Shown: positions 11,772-23,404 of the stretch, piece after piece
How the letters are laid out: each line of letters starts with the position of its first letter
Numbering within the stretch: the first letter of the stretch is position 1
DNA from: Takakia lepidozioides
Taxonomy: Eukaryota > Plantae > Bryophyta
Length of the DNA: 64,000 bases
Direction of reading: 5' to 3'
Assembly (NCBI GenBank): GCA_030704615.1
Contig: CM060734.1
Location: 35,030,001 to 35,094,000 of the forward strand
Made by a program: the position numbers and the translations under genes
Notes under the pieces: generated by a model
What the model saw: the letters and a program-made list of their open reading frames with translations, nothing else
Database searches by the model: none
Told to the model about the DNA's origin: nothing

Positions 11772-14700
11772 CTAAGTTAGCGCCGGCACCAGCCAGTCTT
11801 CGCCATCGATGAAGCTGAAGTCCATGAAAGCCTGAGCTTCTTCGGCAGAAAGTTCATGGCTCCAGGGTACGCGTTTGGATTCATCAGCACCAGGTCCGTA
11901 GCACTTGTACTGTCCGTAGTACACCGTTCTGCACAAAAATGGAATCACGAATAATTTCGACTTCATCAGACTTTGAAAGACCATGATCTGGAGTCTGGAA
12001 TTAGAAATTCTATATAGAAGTTCTGAAAAGATACAAATACGTGTTGAAATAGCCTTTTTAACGAATTTCCTGAGAGAAAAACAAGTTCGGGACGAATTGG
12101 AATCAGATTTTCTCAAAGATGTTATATCTGTATCGTCCTAAGAATGACTCACAGAACCGAGCAAACTCAGATCAGAATAGGACTCATCACACAACATGTG
12201 TGATTTCCATCATTTGCTTACCTTGTAAGGTCAATTCCATGGTCATTGCAAAGAGTATTGATTCTGCATGTCGAAGAGAGCAGCAGACTGAAAATGGAAA
12301 CAAAATCAATTTTCAACTCGATTTGAGATCATCAACCAGAAGTCTGCAGATCAAAAAGGGATGTGTAAGGAGGTGAAGGGTTCGTACCCGTCTCTCGAGG
12401 GATCATCCCAGTCCGACCAACCAGGAGGTACTATGAGGTTTCCTAAGTATGTGTAGGAATACACCACGCGTGAATATGGCCCCCAAGCTCGCCCCAACAT
12501 ATCCATTGCGGATCCAACAACAGTACAATTGATAAATGAGAAACCGGAAGGATCGTTGGCGGAACGCCGTGACTGAGCCGTTAGAGAACCCGTCTGGTCA
12601 ATTGAATGCAGCATACACCCCTGGATTCATCTCCCTCGCAAGCATGAAGGTTCACTGTTAGGTTAGTCTTCATTAAACGGAGCAGTAATATAGTTCTGGG
12701 ATATATGGTGGAAACATGCTCGTCTTCGTCCATTTCTACGGCAAGTTTTACGTTCTAACAACTCTGGTTGTACCATGTACACTTTACTTTACAGTTGCCT
12801 GTAATGGAAACTCAAGTCCAGTGCTCATCAGATTGCGATTGAGAAGGTCAGCCTAGCCTAGAACAGAACTTCTTCTGCATGCAGTACTTCTTAACTTCCC
12901 CTCAGAAGCTCCGTGACAGGTAGAAAAGAGCAGTCGTGCAGGAGGGTCAATGCGATGGCCATCTATTATTCTCCTAAATTACTCTTCTTCATCCTTTTAA
13001 GGGTTGCGAATTTTGAAGATCTCGAATTAGATCCACAAAGACAGAAAGTACAGAGCTCAAGAAACAGAGAAATCGACATCATGCTGTACAACTGCTAAGT
13101 GGCACGAGCGCTGGTAAATATATATTCTTTGCTCTTGGTTTCTGACTTGCAGTCTGGTCTGATTAAAACTCGATGAAGAAGCTTTTGGTGACAAAACGTA
13201 AGATGCGAGGAGATGGGTGACTAGGCGCGAACTTACCTTATAAAGAGACTGCCCCCCACCAAAGATATAATCGATGGACCCCTCAATGTAGCAGTTCTGG
13301 AAATAGTGACGGCCTCTGTGGTCATACAAAGTATCTTGGGCCCCGTAGAATGCGCAGTTGTAGAATGCCGCCATGTCTCCCGATATCCGCAACGCCACAG
13401 CTTGCATCCCCTCCAAGCCAGGATCTGGGTGGTCTGCTTTGTTCTGTTCTCCAGAGACATTTTAAATCATTAAAGCGTATCATAGCATTCAAACAGTCCC
13501 ACGATCTTAGCTTACATATGATGCCCGACGAGCCCATTCACAGAGCTTGACGAGATTGTTAAGACCCTCGAGGAATTGTCGAGATATTATAGCAAGTAAC
13601 TAGTCTGATGTGGGTTATCAGGCCAAATGAAGTCGTGCGTACAGCAATCCAGATCCGTGATTGTGGTCATTGAAGCCACAGGCTCGGTTTGCGATCCAGA
13701 CCTGATGGTAGCTGGATACGTTAATTATGGTCCCTTCTCGCCATAGCTGGATCAGGTAAACTTGAACCGGTGAAATTTGCCAAGATCATATAATACACAT
13801 GGGGAGAAGAACCCTCAGATTTTGCTTCTTGGTGCTTATTCACGTGCAGGATCCATCGACATTAGTAATCAACCAGATATTATATAATCTACGCGATGGG
13901 AGAAGATTATGTCCACGGACATGTAGCTCGTGTTTGACTGAAATACATAGAAACTGCACGGTCATATGATGGTCACCGCTCAGAACACTGCGTTACAAAG
14001 TATTGATCTGTAAAGGCCGACGTGGTAGCATCGACCGCTAAGTTAGAAGAACATGTGTGTTACATACCTCAACGCTCAGGTAGCGTGCAACAAAGTGGGG
14101 TGCATTGATAGCAACAGTTGCACTGTTGTAGGTACCCAAAGGTTCCAGGCCATCCTGACCACAGACATGAGCAGCGTCCTGCCATGTGATGATCGTTGAC
14201 CCTTGCCCCCTGCCCCAAAAGGTGATGTAGGGCTTGCTGGGTGGAATCACCACCTTTTCCCTGGTGCCCTCAACACAATTCCCGGAAAATGACGCCCAGT
14301 TGGGCACAGCATAGAAATGGGGATACAGTTTGGGGACCTAAGTACTAACTGAGATATCCATTAATGAAGCAAACAACACATGACAAGTTCCTAGTATTAT
14401 GATCCTCTGAAGAACAGTCTTGAACAGGTAAAGGTAAGATTGAGTAAATGAGCACTTATGCAGAACTCAGATCAAGTATACCAACTACATTAATTTGTCC
14501 ACACCGATGTGACTGCCTCTCCAGTTATTGACAAACATGCATATGTATCATTGTATTTTACTGGCATACTGAAAATTTCCCCATTCCCATGTCAAAGTGC
14601 CTACAATACACATGTGACCCAGTTCTTTTCGTTAACTCATTTACAATGTGTGACACTGGCAGTACAATAATACTTTATCAACCATCACCCTGGAGCTGAT

Positions 14701-15323
14701 TTCCCCTTGATCTATATATTCCGAGTATGCAATTTTGATCTCTGTCAGGATAGTACAGAATAAATTAACAGATTCTCCTGGCTATCTCTGATATAATGTT
14801 ATTTAACCGGTTCAACTGGTTTCGGCTTAAACTTACAGGGGCAACAGTCGAGGGAAAACACTTACTCATATGTTCCAGCATTGATGTAGATGACAACACG
14901 CTGCCGATTTAGTGTAGGAACATTATCCACAGCGTCTTGTACTGTGCAGAAGTCACCAAATCCCTCCTGATCCACCACTATCATACCTGGACGCACACTC
15001 AAGTCCTCTAAATTTGGGCCATTGAGCAGAGACTCCTTATTTCTATCGATTGCATTGTGCTGCTCCTTGTAATTTGATTGGACGCGGGAGACCCACTCAT
15101 TGAATCGCTTGTGCGCCAATTGATGGGCTTTGAGGCTTTCTGGTGTAGTAGTCCTTAACTTGGAGATCTCCATTTCATTTCTTCCTGGGTCGGATCTGGC
15201 CGGGACCCCTAACTCAATGTTCCATCTGAAAGCGACAGAGTGTCCTGTTAAAAAAAGATTGAAACATAGCATCACTGAAACAGCCCTCAGTCTATGCATG
15301 GGGTGTTGCCGCTGGGTAAGCAT
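11772..15323 (-). CDS. PME: Pectin methylesterase (pectinesterase, no PMEI pro-domain), 5 exons
   Basis: Exons 15323-14866, 14260-14068, 13443-13237, 12620-12388, 11928-11772, all GT-AG and in phase. Motifs [65 protein letters not shown]-terminal hydrophobic signal. The ORF-track start at 15332 is GTG; the first ATG is 15323. Confidence 0.93.
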
Positions 15324-17228
15324 GTTCTTCACTGGATCTTTAGTGTGGAGGGAACCTTAAGGAGTGGTGTTGACGGTTCCTGGACCTCTGCAAAATTCTA
15401 GCTCAGACAACTCAAAAAAATTGCTCCAAAGGTGCTATTCCACTATTGCCCCGAAAGGTCGGGGCAGTGACTCTCAATCTTCTCGAGACAAATTCTTTCC
15501 CGGAAAGGGAGGTGAGCTTAGCGCAGTGAGACGTATTCTAATCTTCCTACAAAACAGAACACCTTCCAGAGACTGGCTTTCCTGCAGCCTGGTGCGAATA
15601 TTGAAATGCTAGTCTGTGAAGAGTTTCGTGATTCCCCCAGAATAGAGATCCTCTCTCTCCTCCCTGTCACTATTTCTCTCCCACCTTGTACAATTCTCAG
15701 ACTTGGTATTCAATCTAGCCCTTCTTGATGTCTATTTTCATTGCTCTACGCCCTGAAGCGCGATCTTCTCTACTAAATCACGCCACTCTACTGATTGTAG
15801 GACTGCAGACAGTACACACGCGATGACATGGGATCTAGAATCTCTCTCTCTCTTTCTTCCCTCCTCCTCCTTTCGCGAAAAATTGGGACTCGCCTCTCGT
15901 ACTGCGCAAACAGTCATTTCTCAAATGCAACAGACGCCCCGCTCAAGTTAGGCGTCAAAGGTTTGAATTTCAACGGTTCCCCGCAGCCAGTCGCCATTAC
16001 CGGTCTCACCGGTGTCTTTACCGTTACCGCGAGAGCAGGAGCAGATGACGGATGAATCCCAGGTGTTAGGCAAGCTTTCGTCGCCCAATTTGACCGGGTC
16101 CTCATCCACGCCATCGTGCGAAGCTTTCTCATCCATTATCCTGTACTGATCAATTTTACTAAGAGTCCAACAAAGGCCCAACTCACACAATGGACTGTCC
16201 AATATCGAAGTGGCTTGATTTAAAGACGAGCATATGAACGAGGACTGTATAGTGTTCACAATTTTGTGTGAATATTCCATCCTCGTGAAAAGTGAGTTTA
16301 GTATATGGAATAATTGAGGTTGAAGTTATAAGTTAGAACAGTATTGCCAATATGTACCCCAATCGCTCCAAAAAAAAAATCAAGCAAAAGGGCAAGGACA
16401 TCTAGCAAGCTGACTCAACTAGCGTGGCTATTTGCATTGGGCCCACATGGCTATTGCATGCCCCTTGTAAGTGGCTATAGCATCTGGCCCCACATGGCTA
16501 CCACATGCCCTGTGAAAATGGCAGGTGCATGTGGGGCCCACATGGCAAGGAATGCTATGGAAGGTTCTAGAATGGAGGTGATTATAGCCCGAAGTGGGAG
16601 ATCACGCAAGGACCAGAGGGTGCAGGATCGAGGGTCGAGTAGGGTGGGTGATTTCAAGGTCGCACGGTCATTGCGGGAGGAGTGGGCCCAGGTCTACGAG
16701 ATGGAAGGATGTTGGAAGACGGTGGTTTACTTGGGGCAGAAGGGTTGGTTGGTATTGTGCTGATCCGCACGACATGACTGACTTGAGGGATGTATTGTAA
16801 GTAACCAGAACCAAGTGTATTGCGTCCATTGAATAGGTTCCGGCTGCCGTTGAAGAATATATACAACCTAGTAGTAGAGAGTAGTTAAGATAAAATTGCA
16901 TGGCGCTAAGGGCCCCGCTTCTACCTGCAGACAAGTCTATCGGATCATAGACTTGAAGCACAAGGCGTGGCGTTCGAGTTACTACTGATCCACGGGTGAG
17001 GTCTGTAGTCCCCTTGCTTATTACATGCACGTGAAGACTGTTGATATAACGATGAACTGACGAGGTTTTATGCTGACTTGTATTATTATTATGTCATGCT
17101 CTCCATATTGAAGGCCAAATTTTCTGCTCGAAATTACATCTCCAACGCATTTGGCTGTATTCCATTATAACGCGATATGCCTCTACACCGAATTAATACG
17201 ACATCGAAGTGAATATACAGAGAGTGCC

Positions 17229-17474
17229 ATAGTGCAGTGAGTACCCAAAAAAACCAAAAAAAGTACCACCCAAATGATTCTGGGGTCAAATCCTGCTACA
17301 TTGTTGGGTGTGGTATGTTTTTCTCCCCCTTCCTTTAGGCGGTGTTCCACCAACAAGCTTTTACAACGAGGTTACTTGAAAAGATGTTATTTTCTCCTCT
17401 CACTATATTTTTAGGGGCCTCAAATGTGAGCAGGGGCTCCCAGGTGTTTCTTTTTGAGAAAAAAAAAAAAAAAA
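17229..17474 (+). mobile_element. tRNA-derived SINE, copy 2 (5'-damaged)
   Basis: GGGTCAAATCCTGCTAC..GGTGTGGTA..TTCTCCCCCTTCC..GAGGTTAC..GGGGCCT..GTGAGC..GCTCCCAGGTGTTTC plus poly(A), colinear with 6165-6390. A box missing. Confidence 0.75.
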
Positions 17475-18094
17475 CATTAATGTCTCGATATATTTCAAGC
17501 GTCTTCACAATTTTCTATATCTTCTTAAGACCATGTCTTGGATTCAATTTCAAATGTTGATATAGGAAGGGATTGATTGGCTTGGAATGATATTTCATCA
17601 TTTTCTAGGAAATACTACATAAACAAGAAATATGTCGGAAACATATTACAAAGACATATTATAATGGAATGAAGAAAGAGATAACAACAAAAGATCATGA
17701 ATGATCCTGACTGAAATAAAAAGTGCACTAAGAATTTTGAATTATAGCTTAACTAATGACACCCCTTGATTGGAGTTTCAAATACAAAACATTGTAACGG
17801 ATAAGGATCTCTTGCCACACCCACACGCCGATCTTGGGTACCCGTAGTTTCTCTCCAAGAAAGGACCATATGGGCATTACCCATGCTTGCCCAGCAGTTA
17901 ATAACGATGTTGTGTTTGACAATTTCGTCATCTCCATTGTATATGGACATCACCAATGTGGGCCGAGAATGGTTGGTTCTCTCATCCTCATATGCAAGAA
18001 GAATATCACCGTATACCTTGAGCGATGATACTCTTGCACAGATGTACTCTTCTGCAAGGGATTCTCCATTGATAACACACCTATTGGAAAACCA

Positions 18095-18190
18095 CTGGCG
18101 TGTGGTCGGGCTAGGGATTGAACCTAGGACCTCCGGACTAAAATGCCAGACATCATTCTGTATGATTCTAACCACATTGCATCTCTGACC
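18095..18190 (-). mobile_element. tRNA-like SINE head (different family) with adjacent 35-bp duplication
   Basis: Minus-strand B box GGTTCAATCCC. GACCTCCGGACTAAAATGCCAGACATCATTCTGTAT is repeated at ~18128 and ~18188. Confidence 0.45.
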
Positions 18191-18324
18191 TCCGGACTAA
18201 AATGCCAGACATCATTCTGTATCGTTCTTTAGTTGTGAATAGATCGAGGAAATTTCCACCACTCTGTCAAGTTATCTTACCACTAGTATGAAGTTAGCTA
18301 GGAAATAGCTAGCTTTCATATATT

Positions 18325-20995
18325 GACATTTGGGATTGATCCAAGTGTCAATCCAGGGGCCAATACATGTTTGGGCACTTGGCATTGTTATCTTCACGGC
18401 AGATTGCAGTGGGCTCATCTTTCTCGAGTTGAGCCTCACCGCGTCTAACTATGGCGCCATAGTGTGGATTCCCCATGGCGTGGGATGCACTTGGCTCGAC
18501 TTAATATATGAGTGATGTTTTCATGTGCAAGTGTGTGAGTTTGAGAGAGCTTGTATGCTTGTATGATTCCTTTCCTTATCACTCGAGAAAGATGAGCTCG
18601 AGTCTGTGAGCGCTAGGTTCGAGTTAGTTGTAGCACTTGTGTTTTCAGATCATGAGAAATGGTTCAGCCTAGAGTGCAGGGAGCCGTGCATGAGCCTATC
18701 CAAAGCGGATAGAGTGCAAAGACGAACAGGTTGCAGGTTTGCCATGGATAGAGAGGCGGGTAGCCTATGTTGAAGAGCGGCGTTGCATAGCTCAACGCTA
18801 TGGCAACCAAGTTTGGGCTTCTAGTGTGAAGCAAAGGAGATGTTGGCCACGAGTGGGCGAACTGGTGGTCGTCTTCTTCAGCTGCAGGCCGAGTTAAGGA
18901 GCTGCAGAAATGTGGGCTGCGCATGGGAAACTAGCGTGTTGCAGTTTGGAGATGATATGATCAGTTCTAGGTATTAATGAGGAACAGCCGAATGGTGGAG
19001 CTGTGAGGGGATGCATCGCAGCCCGTTGGGAGCTTCAGCTCCAAGTTCCTGAAGAGGTATGAGTGAAGAGAGGTCCCTCTTGTGTGCAAATCAGTGCACT
19101 TATGAAGCATGTGCTGAGTTGGAGTTTCAATCTGAAACTTAGCAGTATAAGGGCTCTTGGAGTGGCAAGAGCGGGGCTGGAAGGGCAACAATGAGGCGCC
19201 CTAGAGCCAAGGGATATGCATGAGAAGTGCAGGTGCACCAAGTTTGTAAAAGTGTGTATTTTCAGATTCGTTTTTGTGGGCTTCATGAAGAAATAGAGCT
19301 TGTTGGGCAGCATAATGCTTGCTTGTTGAGTTTAGGGTGCCTTTGGTGGGTCGTGAGAGCCCAAGAGAGCATGGCAGCAGGTCTGGTGGCTTTGCAGAAG
19401 CCATAGCTCGTCGGCGGCAGGTGCAGGAGCAAACCCCAGCTAGGGAACGCCCGGGAACGCAGGGGAACTCGTTGGGAGTTCCAGGGAACAGAGAATAGTG
19501 GCTATGACAGGCCGTTGGGGCGGTATCACGAGATACCACGAGCCTAGGTCGTGATGGTTGACCATGACTGTTGGAAGTCGTGCTGCGGACACAACGGGTG
19601 GGCACGGTGACCAGATCGTAGGGATGGCGGGCCGTGAAGGCTCGTGGGAGTGGTACCACTGGGTATCACTGGGCAGTCCGTGGCCAACGAGCGCCTAGGG
19701 TGGGCCGTGAGGAGTAGTGGCAGGTAGAGCCACGGAAGGCCGCGAACAGACAGAGTGGCCAAAAAAAAAAAAAAAAAAAAAAACGAGGATGCACGTTTCA
19801 CTCTTTTCACTCGTTTCGTGGGACCTTGATGGGGAGGCTGGGCTCTGAAGAACAACAGTTTTGAGCTAGCTGATCCTGCAGAAAAGTCGGAATTGCCTCC
19901 CTGTTGTGTTTTAACAAAGGGATTACTTCCCTGCAGGTAAGCTTTTCGGGTTTTCAGCCCAGTTTTTAATTATGGGGGAGACCAGCCTACAGGTAATTCC
20001 TTTGGACAGAATGTTGTTGGGGCCTATATGTACCTCTATTTGCTCCATTTTTGAACCTTCAGCGAATGGTGTGGTTTCTTGAGGTGGTTCCATTATGAGG
20101 AATGGCTGGTGGACGTAAAGAGGCACTGGCAGACCCTGTGGAGGCTTGCATGGGGCCTTGGAGGCCAAGTTAAGCTACACTCTATGAGAGTAGGGAGGTT
20201 ACTTCATCTTCTGCGGAGATAGTGGGAGGCGTAGTGACGGACGGATCCTCGGATGTGATGGTCAAGACTGCCACGGCGGGGCCATGACAAGCTGCAGCTG
20301 CCACGTTGATGGAGCTGCCAGCTAGGCCAGCCATTGAGCTCGCCATGGTGACACTTGGAGTTGCCATGTTAGACAACCAGGATGACATTTTCTGTTTGAG
20401 TGGACCGGCAGGCAAGAGGTACCGGCCACTTCGAATCTTGTTGGACTCGGGAGCTCAGCCATTGATGCTAGGCAGAGTTGCTATTGCAGGCTTGGGCCTC
20501 ACGGAGGCGGATATGGAGCCGTGCCCTTTCCAGATACAGACATCTCTGGGAGGATCAGAACAGGCTGGGGGCATGACACGGCGTGACTTGGCTATTAGAC
20601 TACAGCCGGATCATCCTACAGATGGCTCAGTGCTGAGAGCCAAGGTCATTGTGACAGACGCGGTCTCATACGATGTCTTTGTTGGTGGGGCAGTGTTGTA
20701 CCCCATGGGCTTCACCCTGGATTTTTGGGAGGAGTCAGCTTCCTATAGGCCTGGATGGCAGTCAGGGGAGGGCCGACGTGTGCAGCTCCCCGTGACGTTC
20801 ATAGAAGGAGTTGCGGTTGCCCAACGAGGCAAGATGCCAACACAGGTAGCATTCACAGCTGCAATGACTTGGCCTGGAGAGTTGTTGGATGGCAACACTC
20901 ATTCAGAGGATGTGTCACCTCCGGGAGAGCAGGATGATATGTATGGTATGGCGGAGTTATCTGTCATGGTTGCTTACACTCCATTGTGGGGCTCG
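18325..20995 (+). mobile_element. Ty3/Gypsy element A, 5' part (LTR-like region, degenerate gag, aspartic protease)
   Basis: Protease motif RILLDSGAQPLMLG ... YDVFVGG. Upstream frame is broken by stops. The left boundary is approximate. Confidence 0.6.
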
Positions 20996-23386
20996 AGGAC
21001 GAGGTATGGTTCGAATGAGTTCTTGGTGATGCCTTTTAGGCTCACCAACGCACCCGCGACCTTTAGCACGCTGATGAACAGTCTTTTCCAGGAGTGGTTG
21101 GATGACTTTGTGATCGTGTACATCGACGACATCTTGGTGTATTCGAAAACAAAGGAGGAGCACCTGGAGCACCTCAAAAGGGTGTTCCAGAAATTGCGAG
21201 AAATGAAGCTGTATGCCAAAGTTTCAAAGTGCGAATTCGGGGTCACAAAAGTGGAGTTCCTGGGGTATGTGATTACACAGGATGGGATCAAAATGGATGA
21301 TAGAAAGGTGAGGGCGATCTTGGACTGGGAGCCTCTGACTTCGGTCCCGGGAGTGCGATCCTTCCTTGGACTCGCCTCCTATTATCAGAAGTATGTGAGA
21401 AATTTCGCCAAGATCGCGGGGCCGTTGTCAAACCTTCTGTGTAAATCTAAAGTCTGGGCATGGAACACATTTTGTGGCCAAGCTTTTGCTGAATTGAAGC
21501 AGCGGATGGCGGAAGCTCCAATCTTGAAAATCCCGGAGTTCGATCGTCTGTTCGAGATACATACAGATGCGTCAGACTTCGCGATTGGGGGTGTACTGAT
21601 GCAAGATGGACGTCCAGTGGCTTACGAAAGTAGGAAACTGAATGAAGTGGAGCGACGGTGGCCGACGCACGAGAAAGAGATGAATGCGGTGGTGCACTGT
21701 CTTGAGCTTTGGCGCCACTATGTTGGTTCCAACCCAGTAAAGGTGTTCAGGGACAATGTCACGGTGAAGTATTTTGCCACGCAGCCCAAGTTGTCCCCAA
21801 AACAACTTAGGTGGCAAGATACTTTGGCGGTGTTCGACGTGGATATCCAGTACAAACCGGGACGAGACAACGTGGTGGCCGATGCTTTAAGTAGAAAGCA
21901 GCAGCTCTTGTTGGTGTACAAGGGCGAGACGGCGCTCCAAAGGAAGATCCGGAAGGCTTCCCGGAAGGATGAGCTGGCGAAGTCCGTGATGCAGGACTTG
22001 AGGATGGGGGTTAAATCGCAGTTCCACTTGCAAAATGGACTGCTCCGGTATAAGCAAAAGCGTCTCTACATGCCGAAGGGAGGGATCAGAGATAGCCTCT
22101 TGAGAGAATGCCATGATAGCCCGCTTGCGGGCCACGGCGGAGCCAAGCGCACTGCGGCACTCTTGAAGAAAGAGTATTTCTGGCCCAAACTGAGGGAGGA
22201 GGCAGAGGAGTATGTCAAGACATGCACCACATGCCAACAAAACCGAAGCGAGTACAAAAAGCAAGCGGGGCTGTTACAACCCTTACCGATTCCAGAGGGG
22301 ACTTGGGAAAGCGTCTCGATGGATTTCATGACTGCTATGCCGCTGTCAAAAGGATTCGATGCAATCATGGTGGTGGTGGATAGGTTCAATAAAATGGGTC
22401 ATTTCATCCCCACCAAGGAGACGGCAACGGCACAGGAAACAGGGCGACTTTACTTTGCCCACGTCTTAAAGCATCATGGAGTCCCGAAGGATATTGTCTC
22501 GGACCGCGATCCAAAGTTTACGAGTAAATTTTGGAGGGCACTTTGGAAGAAGATGGGGACGAGGCTGAAGATGAGCACCGCCTTCCGACCTACGACCGAC
22601 GGCCAAACAGAAAGAGTGAATTCCGTAGTGAAGAAGATCTTGCGGAATTACGTGTCGGCAGACCAAACAGACTGGGTGGAACACTTAGACGCGGCAGAGT
22701 TCTGTTATAATAACACAGAACACTCCGCAACGGGAGTTTCCCCTTTCGTATTGGTCTATGGAAAAACACCTCTGGTGCCGACAAGTTGGGCCGCCCAGGA
22801 CGTTGAGGAACCGGCAGTAGCGGCAGTACTGGAAGAACGCGAGCGTTTGTTGAAGCTCGCAAAGTACAACATTGCCAAAGCTAGGAAACGATATGAAAGG
22901 CAGGCGAATCAGAAGCGGAGGGAAGTGAAGTTTGAGGCAGGCACAGAGGTCTGGTTGAACATTAAGAATTTCCGACTACCTCCGGAAGTCAGTCCGAAGT
23001 TCGTACCTCCGTATGCGGGACCCTTTCGCATTCGGAAGGTTATGAATGAGGATGTGTATGAATTGGAGCTGTCGGCAAACAGCAAGGTGCACCCAGTATT
23101 CCATGTCTCCCTTTTGAAGCCTTACTTCAAAGATGAAGCGCGTCCGAATCGGCATCAAGTGTTGCATCCGCCACCTATGCTGTTGGATCATGAAAATGAA
23201 CCTGAGTACGAGGTGGAGGCAATACTTAAGTCGAGGAGGTTCAAGAACCGAGAAACGGAGTATCTCGTCAAATGGAAGGGCTATCATCAGGTGGAGGCAT
23301 CTTGGGTGCGTGCCTCAGAAATGGGAAACGCATCCGAGGCGGTTGCAGCTTTCGAAGGGCGACCTCAAAAGTGGAAGAAGCGTTAA
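20306..23386 (+). CDS. Chimeric Gypsy pol ORF: protease of element A fused in frame to N-terminally truncated RT + RNase H + integrase + chromodomain of chromovirus B
   Basis: LLDSGA protease, then an abrupt switch at ~20995 to TRYGSNEFLVMPF.LTNAPATF and YIDDIL. RNase H TDASDFAIGGVL, integrase HHCC zinc finger and DDE (SMDF, VSDRD, GQTER), GPF motif, chromodomain YEVEAILK..YLVKWKGY..SW. RT N-terminal motifs, including the first catalytic Asp, are absent. Confidence 0.9.
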   Translation: MMELPARPAIELAMVTLGVAMLDNQDDIFCLSGPAGKRYRPLRILLDSGAQPLMLGRVAIAGLGLTEADMEPCPFQIQTSLGGSEQAGGMTRRDLAIRLQPDHPTDGSVLRAKVIVTDAVSYDVFVGGAVLYPMGFTLDFWEESASYRPGWQSGEGRRVQLPVTFIEGVAVAQRGKMPTQVAFTAAMTWPGELLDGNTHSEDVSPPGEQDDMYGMAELSVMVAYTPLWGSRTRYGSNEFLVMPFRLTNAPATFSTLMNSLFQEWLDDFVIVYIDDILVYSKTKEEHLEHLKRVFQKLREMKLYAKVSKCEFGVTKVEFLGYVITQDGIKMDDRKVRAILDWEPLTSVPGVRSFLGLASYYQKYVRNFAKIAGPLSNLLCKSKVWAWNTFCGQAFAELKQRMAEAPILKIPEFDRLFEIHTDASDFAIGGVLMQDGRPVAYESRKLNEVERRWPTHEKEMNAVVHCLELWRHYVGSNPVKVFRDNVTVKYFATQPKLSPKQLRWQDTLAVFDVDIQYKPGRDNVVADALSRKQQLLLVYKGETALQRKIRKASRKDELAKSVMQDLRMGVKSQFHLQNGLLRYKQKRLYMPKGGIRDSLLRECHDSPLAGHGGAKRTAALLKKEYFWPKLREEAEEYVKTCTTCQQNRSEYKKQAGLLQPLPIPEGTWESVSMDFMTAMPLSKGFDAIMVVVDRFNKMGHFIPTKETATAQETGRLYFAHVLKHHGVPKDIVSDRDPKFTSKFWRALWKKMGTRLKMSTAFRPTTDGQTERVNSVVKKILRNYVSADQTDWVEHLDAAEFCYNNTEHSATGVSPFVLVYGKTPLVPTSWAAQDVEEPAVAAVLEERERLLKLAKYNIAKARKRYERQANQKRREVKFEAGTEVWLNIKNFRLPPEVSPKFVPPYAGPFRIRKVMNEDVYELELSANSKVHPVFHVSLLKPYFKDEARPNRHQVLHPPPMLLDHENEPEYEVEAILKSRRFKNRETEYLVKWKGYHQVEASWVRASEMGNASEAVAAFEGRPQKWKKR

Positions 23387-23404
23387 TGGGGACATCAACC
23401 TTGG

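Noticed and set aside
16400-17030. Solo LTR or LTR+PBS (TGTGAAA...TTGCA TGGCGCT)
   Set aside because: LTR-like composition, but no TSD, no second copy and no associated gag could be read.
17753-18175. 140-aa minus-strand ORF
   Set aside because: The N-terminus is SINE-derived and the remainder has no motif I can support.
20306-23386. Intact autonomous retrotransposon pol
   Set aside because: RT lacks its N-terminal motifs and first catalytic Asp, the upstream gag is broken, and there is no matching LTR pair.
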